From positions 10,167 through 74,166 of the forward strand of contig JBAYVZ010000001.1 in the NCBI GenBank assembly GCA_041674285.1: DNA of 64,000 nt, read 5' to 3'. Positions within the stretch are counted from its first letter, which is position 1. Every line of letters begins with the position of its first letter. This DNA comes from Minisyncoccota bacterium (lineage in GTDB: Bacteria; Patescibacteriota; Minisyncoccia; Phycocordibacterales; UBA9973). The notes beneath the pieces were generated by a model. That model saw only the letters and a program-made list of their open reading frames with translations, ran no database searches and had not been told where the DNA came from. Below, piece after piece: positions 1-9,000 of this stretch. A program made the translations under genes and the position numbers.

Positions 1-1337
1 TATCTAATGGTAATATTGGTATCGGTACAGGATCTTCAAATCCTGGTCAGCCATTGGATATCTGGGGTTCATCTCCAAAAGTCAGATTGAACAACACTGC
101 GACTTCTCAGCCAAACGTATTCATGTTTGCTCGATCTGGTTCTACAAAAGCTACATGGGGTCTAGCTACTGCTTCTAATCAGATCATCACTGGATCTGTA
201 GTAGACGATTCTGTTATCTCTACTGTTGGCAGTATATATCTTGCAGCAGGTAATGTGACATCAGCGTCTCATCTATCTGTGAATACTTCAGGCTATGTAG
301 GTATCGGTACAAATTCTGCAAGTACAAAATTTGAAATAGGTACTTCTGATCTAGGTGATGGTGTCGCTGGTCCAGTTATTACACTAGGTAGGAATAGTAA
401 TGTTACAAATACAGGTGCTGGATCTATCAATTTCTTGAGCAAGGGTGGTACAGCAGGATATGTATGGCAAGACGCCGCAGGTAATCTACGCATTCATACA
501 TCATCACCAAGCAATGCAAATGATACAGCCGGTACAGTAGTCGGAGCACAGACTTCTACTCGTGAGACAAAGCAGGACATCGCAGATTACACAGATTATA
601 ATGCAGCATTGTCTATGATAGTAGATGCACCACTGCATACATTCAAGTACAAGAAGGAGGTTGCTGGTTACGGAGCAGATTCACCACTAGCCAAGACTCG
701 TATCGGATATATCGCAGACGAGGTAGATCCTGCATTCATGGTGGGTAATGTCATCGATCAAGTTTCAGTGAATGGTATTCTCATGGCTTCAGTAAAAGCT
801 ATGAACCTAAAAGTTCAAAACTTAGAAGCTCTAATATCTCAAAACAACAATAATGTTTCTTCTCTGATGTCTGATTTCTTTGGTGGTGTAGTCACAGATG
901 TATCCGGTACATTAGCGACAATCAAAGACCTAGCTGTGAGTACGTTAAAAGTAGGTAGTCCAGAAAAGAGAACAGGTATCACCATCTACGACGAAGCGAC
1001 AGGGGATCCATATTGTATAAAGGTTGTGAATGGTTCTATGCAGACAATCCCTGGTGAATGTGCGGTAGTATCTGCACCGACACCAGAGAGTCAGACTGCC
1101 GGAGCAGGGAACTCTACTCCAGAGCCTGCATCAGAAGTCACTCCGGAATCTACCCCAGAAGTAACACCTGAGGTGACACCAGAAGTAGTCCCAGAAGAGA
1201 TATCTCCTGAACCTACTCCAGAAATAGCTCCCGAGCCTACTCCCGAAGTAGTACCTGAACCTACCCCAAAAATAACCCCCGAGGTTACACCTGAGCCTAC
1301 TCCAGCCCCAGAATCTACTCCAGAAGCCACAATATAA
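1..1337 (+). CDS. Tail-fibre/endosialidase-like surface fibre protein (5'-truncated by window start) with C-terminal intramolecular chaperone (peptidase S74-like) domain and Pro/Glu/Thr-rich repeat tail
   Basis: Frame open from nt 3 with no upstream stop; the listed start at 54 is TTG. The S74-like block TSTRETKQDIADYTDY...HTFKYK...GYIADEVDPAFMV...VNGILMASVKAMNLKVQNLEALI matches tail-spike autoproteolytic chaperone domains. C-terminus is a TPEVTPEPTPE low-complexity repeat. Confidence 0.6.
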   Translation, partial: SNGNIGIGTGSSNPGQPLDIWGSSPKVRLNNTATSQPNVFMFARSGSTKATWGLATASNQIITGSVVDDSVISTVGSIYLAAGNVTSASHLSVNTSGYVGIGTNSASTKFEIGTSDLGDGVAGPVITLGRNSNVTNTGAGSINFLSKGGTAGYVWQDAAGNLRIHTSSPSNANDTAGTVVGAQTSTRETKQDIADYTDYNAALSMIVDAPLHTFKYKKEVAGYGADSPLAKTRIGYIADEVDPAFMVGNVIDQVSVNGILMASVKAMNLKVQNLEALISQNNNNVSSLMSDFFGGVVTDVSGTLATIKDLAVSTLKVGSPEKRTGITIYDEATGDPYCIKVVNGSMQTIPGECAVVSAPTPESQTAGAGNSTPEPASEVTPESTPEVTPEVTPEVVPEEISPEPTPEIAPEPTPEVVPEPTPKITPEVTPEPTPAPESTPEATI

Positions 1338-1340
1338 TAA

Positions 1341-1365
1341 ATCTTCCACAGGTCCGACCTGTGGA
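1341..1365. repeat. REP-like perfect palindrome cttccacaggtc-c-gacctgtggaag
   Basis: 12-bp arms that are exact reverse complements, GC-rich in an AT-rich context, immediately upstream of the RAYT gene. Confidence 0.8.
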
Positions 1366-1382
1366 AGACATGAAATTTATAT

Positions 1383-2087
1383 ATGTCAATAAGAAAAACA
1401 AATTTAGTATGCAATGAGTTTTATCATATATATAATCGTGGCAATGGTAAGAGTGCGATTTTTTTAGACGATGAAGATTACGATCGTTTTATTAAAATAT
1501 TATATATTTGTAATTCTGAGAATAATTTTAAATTCAGAGATTCAATTACTAGTCTTGGATTAGATGCTTTCGATTTTGAAAGGGGGAATACTCTTGTCGA
1601 TATTTTGGGTTGGGTTTTAATGCCGAATCATTTTCATCTAATTTTAATTTCCCACAGGTCCGACCGGTGGGAAAAAGATTATAATCCAATTACAGAATTT
1701 ATGCGAAAAGTCTCTACTTCATATGCTATGTATTTTAATAAAAAATATAAGCGCACAGGGTCTTTATTTGAAGGTAAATTTAAATCAAGTCACATTAATG
1801 AAGAGAATTATTTTAATTATATTTTTTCGTATGTACATTTAAATCCTATTAAATTAATACAAAAGGATTGGAAAGAAAATGGTATAAGAGATAAAAATAT
1901 AGCAATCAATTATTTAAAAACCTACAAATATTCTAGCTTCTTGGATTATTTTTCTGAGTACAGAAAACAAAGTAAGGTAATAAATAAAATTATATTACCG
2001 GAGCATCTAAAAATTAATCATACTAGAGAATTATTTGACTTTTTTAAGAATTATGTTCCCCACAGGTCGGACCTGTGGGGAAAGTAA
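1383..2087 (+). CDS. IS200/IS605-family Y1 (HUH) transposase of the REP-associated tyrosine transposase (RAYT) type
   Basis: YHIYNRGNGK N-terminal motif, HUH motif LMPNHFHLIL, C-terminal catalytic region KVSTSYAMYFNKKYKRTGSLFEGKFKSSHINEENYFNYIFSYVHLNPIK (RAYT-like GxLW...Y...NP layout). Flanked by REP-like palindromes. Confidence 0.7.
   Translation: MSIRKTNLVCNEFYHIYNRGNGKSAIFLDDEDYDRFIKILYICNSENNFKFRDSITSLGLDAFDFERGNTLVDILGWVLMPNHFHLILISHRSDRWEKDYNPITEFMRKVSTSYAMYFNKKYKRTGSLFEGKFKSSHINEENYFNYIFSYVHLNPIKLIQKDWKENGIRDKNIAINYLKTYKYSSFLDYFSEYRKQSKVINKIILPEHLKINHTRELFDFFKNYVPHRSDLWGK
1649..1675. repeat. REP-like palindrome (one-mismatch copy) inside the RAYT coding sequence
   Basis: ttcccacaggtccgaccggtgggaa has the same core as the flanking palindromes and encodes SHRSDRWEK in-frame between the HUH and Tyr regions. 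Confidence 0.7.
2056..2084. repeat. REP-like perfect palindrome ttccccacaggtc-g-gacctgtggggaa at the 3' end of the RAYT gene
   Basis: Exact 13-bp inverted arms; encodes the C-terminal PHRSDLWGK of the ORF. Confidence 0.8.
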
Positions 2088-2174
2088 GATATGTTTGATT
2101 GGTTGTTTTTGTTTTATTGTAATATAATTAAGATTATAAAATTGGAATAAATTAAAATATTGATTTAAAGATAA

Positions 2175-3509
2175 ATGAAATTTGGTAATAAAAATTTTTA
2201 TATTGGTTTTATAAAAAAAACATTTATAGTTTTCGCTATATTGTTTTTCAGTGTGTCTTTTGCTGATTTCTCAAGTTCTAGTTTCAATCTCGAGAATCCT
2301 CTGAGTGTCACAGAAGGTGGCCAGGCTACTTCCAGTAGTTTTAAGTACTTTGGGTCTACTGGGCAATTGATAGTGGGAGAGAGTAGTAGTACAAATTTCA
2401 AGCAAAATTCTGGATTCATGTATTTCCCATTTGCGACTTCGCCTGTACTGACAGCTACTGCAGGGGATACTACCGTATCGTTATCTTGGACTGCAGCTTC
2501 GGGGGTTTTTGCAAATGTCACTAGCTATGAATTGGGTAGTAGTACTTCTGCTGATTCTGGTTTTGTGTACGTGTCTGTCGGTACTAGTACTTCATCTACA
2601 AAGAGCTCACTTACAAACGGTACGACTTATTATTTCAAGGTTAGATCTTATGCTGCTGGGATACTAGTCAGTGAATCATCTGTAGTCTCATCTACTCCAG
2701 CATCTTCGGATAATGGTGGTTCTGGTGGGGGTGGCGGAGGAGGGGGTGGTGGAAGCAGTAGTGGTGGTACCTCGAATAATGTTAAATTCTCCGGCAGAGC
2801 TTATCCTCGCAGTACTGTGGTGCTACTCAAGGATGCCCAAGTTTTAACTTCGACCCTAGCAGGCAATGATGCCAACTTCACTATAAACATCAATAGCATG
2901 AATGCTGGTAATTATATTTTCTCTGTGTATTCCGAGGATGACAAGGGCAATAGATCTTCACTCCTTACTTTCCCAGTGTCTATTACTGCAGGTGCCAGTA
3001 CCGATATAGGAGGTATATTCATAGCACCGACTATCGCTACAGATAAATCAGAGGTAAAGCAGGGTGACAATATAACTTTCTTTGGTCAGTCTACCCCAAA
3101 TAGTGAGATCACGATTTCTATTCATTCAGAGCAGGAATTATTCGAAAAAACTAATTCAGACAAGGATGGTATATATCTCCGGATGGTAGATTCATCTCCT
3201 TTGGAGGTAGGTAGTCACTCTGCAAAATCAAAATCAGCGATAAATGGAGAGATTAGTTCCTATAGTAAGCCTATAGATTTTGCTGTCAGTGATAAAAATA
3301 TTGAAAATGATTTACTGAAGAAATGCCCTGCAAAAGGAGATCTGAATAATGACTGTAAGGTTAACTTGATTGATTTCTCTATAGCAGCTTTTTGGAATAA
3401 AAAAACACTAACTCAGAGTATTTCTGATAAAGAAAAATTAAAGTTGAACGGAGATGGAAAAATAAATCTGATCGACTTTAGTATCATGGCTTATTATTGG
3501 ACTGGATAA
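2175..3509 (+). CDS. Secreted FN3-domain protein with Gly-rich linker and C-terminal type-I dockerin
   Basis: N-terminal hydrophobic signal/anchor and FN3-like block (TVSLSWTAASG...TTYYFKVRSYAAG). GGSGGGGGGGGGGSSSGG linker. Two dockerin Ca-binding repeats GDLNNDCKVNLIDFSIAAFW and LNGDGKINLIDFSIMAYYW (DxNxDGxVNxxD pattern). Confidence 0.65.
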   Translation: MKFGNKNFYIGFIKKTFIVFAILFFSVSFADFSSSSFNLENPLSVTEGGQATSSSFKYFGSTGQLIVGESSSTNFKQNSGFMYFPFATSPVLTATAGDTTVSLSWTAASGVFANVTSYELGSSTSADSGFVYVSVGTSTSSTKSSLTNGTTYYFKVRSYAAGILVSESSVVSSTPASSDNGGSGGGGGGGGGGSSSGGTSNNVKFSGRAYPRSTVVLLKDAQVLTSTLAGNDANFTININSMNAGNYIFSVYSEDDKGNRSSLLTFPVSITAGASTDIGGIFIAPTIATDKSEVKQGDNITFFGQSTPNSEITISIHSEQELFEKTNSDKDGIYLRMVDSSPLEVGSHSAKSKSAINGEISSYSKPIDFAVSDKNIENDLLKKCPAKGDLNNDCKVNLIDFSIAAFWNKKTLTQSISDKEKLKLNGDGKINLIDFSIMAYYWTG

Positions 3510-3557
3510 TGTGTCGCGCTTTAAAGAATGATTGCGTGACGTGATTTCATTAAATCA

Positions 3558-4403
3558 ATGTATAAAAATTTTACAATTAAATTTATAATATTTTCTTTTT
3601 TACTATCTGTATTTACAAACAGTGTTTTTGCTGCAGATATAAGTATCAAATCTGACAGTAGTGATATAAAAATAGGTGATATCTATAAAGTGTCTATATT
3701 ACTCGATACAAAAAGTGAGTCTGTAAATACTATCGAAGGGGATGTGTCTTACGATAAAGATATGATGGATGTCGTATTCATAGATACATCAGCTTCTTTT
3801 GTAAATCTCTGGGTAGAAAAACCGTCCGTATCTGCTCCTGGGCGTATTCATTTTTCTGGCATGACTCCTGGGGGAGTCTCTGTGCCTGCTGGTGTTGTTT
3901 TTGATATGGTTTTCAAAGCAAAGAAGATAGGATCTTCTACTGTGTCTTTATCTAATATATCCTTGTATATAAACGATGGATTAGGGTCAAAAGCTCAGTC
4001 TAATTTTGATAATTTTACTGTTGTAGTGGGGGAGGGCGATTCTACTCGGGGTGTTTTTGATTTGTTCGATTCAGACAAGGTTTCCCCAGAGATTTTTACC
4101 ATAGAGAGAACTCGTGATGAATCTATCTTTGATGGAAAATATTTCATTGCTTTCAATGCGATAGACAAAGACTCTGGTATATCCAAGACCAGGTCCTGCG
4201 AATTCATGTCTTGTCGTGATGTGGTGAGTCCTACTCTCCTTTCAAATCAAACTCCATTTTATTTTATAAAAGTAATTGCTTTTGATATGAATGGCAATAC
4301 TACTTCTTCATTCTTAATCGCTGATATCGTTTATGTTGCCTTCTTTTCATTTATTATTTTTATTTTTGGTTTATTTTTATTCTATAAAAGTAAAAAGTTG
4401 TAG
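3558..4403 (+). CDS. Cohesin-like domain protein with signal peptide and C-terminal TM anchor
   Basis: Signal peptide, then a beta-sandwich-like region (IKIGDIYKVSILLD...IEGDVSYDKDMMDVVFID...FDMVFKAKKIGSSTVSLSN) resembling cohesin modules. C-terminal hydrophobic helix plus KSKKL stop-transfer. Confidence 0.45.
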   Translation: MYKNFTIKFIIFSFLLSVFTNSVFAADISIKSDSSDIKIGDIYKVSILLDTKSESVNTIEGDVSYDKDMMDVVFIDTSASFVNLWVEKPSVSAPGRIHFSGMTPGGVSVPAGVVFDMVFKAKKIGSSTVSLSNISLYINDGLGSKAQSNFDNFTVVVGEGDSTRGVFDLFDSDKVSPEIFTIERTRDESIFDGKYFIAFNAIDKDSGISKTRSCEFMSCRDVVSPTLLSNQTPFYFIKVIAFDMNGNTTSSFLIADIVYVAFFSFIIFIFGLFLFYKSKKL

Positions 4404-4435
4404 ATATTTATTTTTTAATAAGTTATAATAAATTT

Positions 4436-5950
4436 ATGTCTTTTAAAAATTTTTACAAAATAAATTTAAATAAAAAAATATTATTTTTATTTTTTATTTT
4501 TCTGTTTTCTTTTACTCAAAAAGTTTCTGCTGCAGAGTTAAACCTAATCCCATCTTTTTCTTCTTATGAAGTTGGGGATAATATTAAAGTCAGGGTTACA
4601 TTGTCTAGTTCGACTTCTGTGAATGCTGTGTCTGGAAATATAAAATTTTCTACAGACACTCTGACTATGACATCTGTTACCAAGGGGGGCTCAGTCGTTA
4701 GCTTGTGGGCAGTTGAACCTACATATTCAAATGCATCAGGTACTGTAAATTTTGAAGGTGTCATGCTCTCTGGATATACAGGTTCAGGTGGGACTGTATT
4801 GACTCTGAATTTCAAAGCTAAATCAGCGGGTACTGCATCAGCTAGCTTTTCTTCGTCTTCTGTTTTAGCTAGTGATGGAGAAGGTACAAATGTTTTGTCT
4901 AGATCCGGTAGTACGTCATTTAGGATTAATAAGCCGGCTGAAAAGAAAGTAGAAGAAAAACCAGCTGATAAAACTGATAAAAAAATAGAAACAAAGACTC
5001 TCTCTCCAAAAACTGAGACTACAGAGACTTCAAATACAAAAGTTGATTTAGTTTTGCCTACTATTCAAATACAAAAGATATCTGCAGATGATAGTATTGA
5101 TTCATTTGCTGTATTTAATGTGAACAGTGTGGGGAAGAAATTAAAATCACTATACAAGGTAGAAATCGATGGGGCACCTTATGCATGGGATAATCAGGAT
5201 GGTGGAGTATTTACTACACCTAAGTTGACAAAGGGGGATCACAGGTTGTCTATATCTATGGACACAGTTAACGGAGATATACTCTCAAGTAGTGTCGCTT
5301 TCTCTATCCTCAGTATCCCTGCACCTGTCATCACTGAATATTCTGAGAGTATAAATGAAAATAGTTATATAGTCATTAAAGGTAAGGCTGACCCGGATAC
5401 AGATGTTATATTGGTATTTGATTACAAATTATCAGACACTGGTGAATCTAAAAAATACGAAGCAGTAGCTCGATCAGATGAATATGGAAACTTCACTTAT
5501 TTGTCTGAAAAAGTTAAATCCGGATCTTATGATGTGTCAGCATATTACAAAGTAAAGAGTGGGTTTGATAGTGAAAAGAGTGCACCATTAAAATTGAATG
5601 TAAATTCAGAAAATAAAGTACTCCTATCAAAGGTTACAAATACTTTCTCTGTGGTTATATTGATTGTCGCACTCATTATATTGCTATTAATTGTTGCTAC
5701 TTGGGGGTGGTATAAGTTCCTAAATTACAAGGATAAGCACACAAAAAAGTTGTCCGACAGCAAGATAGTTATAGCAAAAAGTTTTGAGATTCTAGATAAT
5801 GATGTCGATAAACAGATCAAGATATTTAGAAAAATTAAATCTCTCGAGCCTTTGACCAAAGAAGAAAAAGCTTTCTTGAAAGAATTCAAGAGAGACATAC
5901 GGGCAGCAGAAAAAGTGATATCAGATGAAGTAAAGATTCCCAAGAAGTAA
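4436..5950 (+). CDS. Cohesin-like domain protein, membrane-anchored with charged cytoplasmic tail
   Basis: Signal peptide; cohesin-like pattern (NIKVRVTLSS...VSGNIKFSTDTLTMTS...GTVLTLNFKAKSAGTASASF). Second beta-rich domain, TM helix (VVILIVALIILLLIVATWGW), Lys/Glu-rich tail. Confidence 0.5.
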   Translation: MSFKNFYKINLNKKILFLFFIFLFSFTQKVSAAELNLIPSFSSYEVGDNIKVRVTLSSSTSVNAVSGNIKFSTDTLTMTSVTKGGSVVSLWAVEPTYSNASGTVNFEGVMLSGYTGSGGTVLTLNFKAKSAGTASASFSSSSVLASDGEGTNVLSRSGSTSFRINKPAEKKVEEKPADKTDKKIETKTLSPKTETTETSNTKVDLVLPTIQIQKISADDSIDSFAVFNVNSVGKKLKSLYKVEIDGAPYAWDNQDGGVFTTPKLTKGDHRLSISMDTVNGDILSSSVAFSILSIPAPVITEYSESINENSYIVIKGKADPDTDVILVFDYKLSDTGESKKYEAVARSDEYGNFTYLSEKVKSGSYDVSAYYKVKSGFDSEKSAPLKLNVNSENKVLLSKVTNTFSVVILIVALIILLLIVATWGWYKFLNYKDKHTKKLSDSKIVIAKSFEILDNDVDKQIKIFRKIKSLEPLTKEEKAFLKEFKRDIRAAEKVISDEVKIPKK

Positions 5951-6046
5951 AATATTTACAAGTTAAAATAAAAATGCCCTATTGGTTAAATAGGGTGTTT
6001 TTATTTGGTTTTTTTGTGTTTTTGCTGATATAATATGTACATATAG

Positions 6047-9000
6047 ATGAAAAATTTTGGACATAAAATAATTTCTTTGATTCTTTTGGTTGTACTACTG
6101 ATAACAAGTGGTTTTTTTGTTGATAATATAAAAAAAGCAAAAGCATCTAATTCAAAAACAGTTACAGTTACTTTTCGTACCACTCCAACTACTGCAACCG
6201 TTGCAAAAGCTCCACTGAAATATAATAAGGATTTTGCTTTTAGTTTTCAGATGGATGATGGTAGTGCGGACAACTACGAGAATGGTTTCAAATATATGTA
6301 TGGAGGTACTAGTTCATTATTAGAAGAAAGTTATGGTGGTAAATATTTTACAGATGGATCTGGACGATCTACTGCACTAGCTAGTAAGCCATTTCGTGGT
6401 GACTTTGTTTGGAATTCTCGAAACTATAGTTCAAGTTTTGTAGAGCTACACGCAGCCCTAAATACTCTTACTTGGACAAAACTCCTTGATGCGAATACTG
6501 CAGGATTTGACGTATTGAACCACAGTTGGTCTCATGCTGCTGTGACTACACTAGGGGATAATTATGTTTATGATTATCCTGCGCCACAAGGTGCTACTAC
6601 TCTGGAATCTGGTGGTTATGAATATGAACTTAGTCAAAACGAAGACGAGGTGGCTAGTCACGGGGTGACTATGGCACCACTTGCTATGGTTCCTCCGGCA
6701 GGAGATCATGGATATATAGATCCTGCTTTTTCTACTGGTTACAAGCTCGTAGCCAGTGAGAGTTCGTCTTTTACTTACTCAGGTGGGACGGTTGCTGTAG
6801 ATACGGGTGGTATGAATGTGACTTCGAGTGTAGATTTGGACCATCTTTTTGCTTATCGATATTTTTATGAAGATAGTAGATTTACCCCAAACACCGCTAC
6901 GGCTATCACTACACCCATAGACACACTTGCATCTCGTAGTCGTGGGTCAGATAAATACTGGGCTATTGGTTTTACTCATAGGACGAGTGTGGTCTCTGGT
7001 GGCCTATCAGAATCAAATTATGAATCATTGATGGACCATATTGCTAGTACTTATGGCCGTGATGGGGATGATTCTATCTGGATGGCTCCAGCCGAAGAGG
7101 TGTATGACTATTTATCCACAAAGCAAAATACAACAGTCTCTACAAACACAGTAGGGAATGTTATGACTATTACACTCGACACATCATCTGTACCAGCGTT
7201 GCGACGCGAGGCTCTATCTCTGGTTGTATCTTCTGATGCCGAGATTGAATCTATCGCATATGCTCCCGGAGAATTTACTGCTACTAGTTCAAATATAAAT
7301 ACTGGTCTGATTAATATGGATTGGGGTACTGTATATACAGCCAATGATTTTACCCGTGTAGAAACATTAGTATCCGCTGCTGAATCTAGTCGTGCGCAGT
7401 CTGACATCGATATCGCTACTACTTATGTCGCTATGTTGCCAGCAAGTGTTGAGAAAAATAATTTTACTAGTAGGTTAAATAATATTGTTGTTTTAGGTCA
7501 GCGATGGTTGATCAATCTGGGTATCAATAGTGCAGGCAAATTACAAGACACAGTAGTGGGTAGTGAGACAGAGAATCTTTGGTGGAATGAGATAAATTTA
7601 GTTTCCAATACTGGTTCAAATCAGACATCACCCATACTAGTAGACACTGCAAATGTAAATACTAGTCTTACTGTAGTTTTACCTCAATCTACTACTACAA
7701 ATTCTTGGGTAAAACCAGGAGCGGGTAGTGAGGGTCAGACTACTGTCACAGACGGTGATGGGGCTTATCCAAATGCTAAAATGCAAAAAGGTCTTTATAT
7801 CAGTAACGCAACAGAAACTTCACCTGTTGTTCAGATTCATAATCTTGACCCTGTAAAGAAATATAAGGTCACAATTTTTGGTTCTACAAAAAATTTAAAT
7901 AGCGGAAAAACTACGTCAAATATTGCAGTTCAGGGTGTATCTCAGGGTCCGTATCAGCATTATAATAATACAAGTAATACTTTAATATTTAGTTCCGTTT
8001 CTCCTACTGTTAGTGGGGTTATAGAGATTGTTATGACTCCTGTGAATCCAGCTTGGAGCGTGACTCCTATAAATGTCATCGATATCAGTGAGGTCACTCC
8101 TGCATTGCCAACTATAACTTTTAATTCTCAATCTCTACGCAGTCAGATTAGTGGGCTTGTTGATTACGGATATACTATTACTGATGACAATAGTGATCCT
8201 ATTTCCCTTATGAGCTATCAATACTCTGCCACCGGTGCATTTAATGGCGAGGAAGCGACTGCTACTCCAAAATCAAGCGACGGTCTTCATGATGGAATTT
8301 CTTCTTTGACTTCTTCTCCTGCGGGTGTTGCTCATGATTTCGTATGGGATGCTATTACTGATTTACTTGGACAAGAGGGAACTTTTTATCTAAGACTCCG
8401 ACCACAGAATCTATCCTCTGATGGGTCATATTCAATTGCTACTCCAGTCGCTCTCGATTTCAAGAACCCCGTACAGACTAGTATCGGCGCTACGACAACT
8501 TCATCTACTGCAAGTATCACTTGGACTACCCAAGAGATCGCGTATGGATTGGTGGAGTATGGTACTACGGATTCATATGGATCAAGTGTAGGATCCTTGT
8601 CATCTGGTACAGCGGTATTGAGTCATGATTTTGATTTGACTGGATTAGATGCTTGTACTACTTATCACTACCGTGTGTCTTCTCGAGATAGTGTGGGTAA
8701 CAATACCGTATCATCTGATCAGACGATGCATACAGCTGGATGCCCTGATCCTGTAGCTAGTCCTGTGGCTGGATTGTATAATGCGACTCAATCAGTGACA
8801 CTATCTGCTACTGGATCTTCTTCTATTCGCTATTCGACAACTAGTACCCCAGCTGATTGTTCTGCTGGTACTCTGTATAGTGGCGCGATATCTGTAGCAT
8901 CAGATACTACTATATATGTACGTGCTTGTGATATTTCAAACAATTCAACTACTGGTAGTTTCCTCTATACTATAGATTCCGAAGCCCCATCTACACCAGC

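Larger units (their letters stand above)
1341..2085 (+). mobile_element. RAYT-REP unit (Y1 transposase plus three REP-like palindromes)
   Basis: Gene plus bracketing palindromes as listed above. Confidence 0.55.

Noticed and set aside
1091-1414. Minus-strand ORFs (107 aa and 72 aa) overlapping the 3' end of the tail-fibre-like gene
   Set aside because: They are reverse-frame shadows of the TPE low-complexity repeat (Gly/Ser/Val-rich mirror). They have no independent signals and overlap a better-supported gene.
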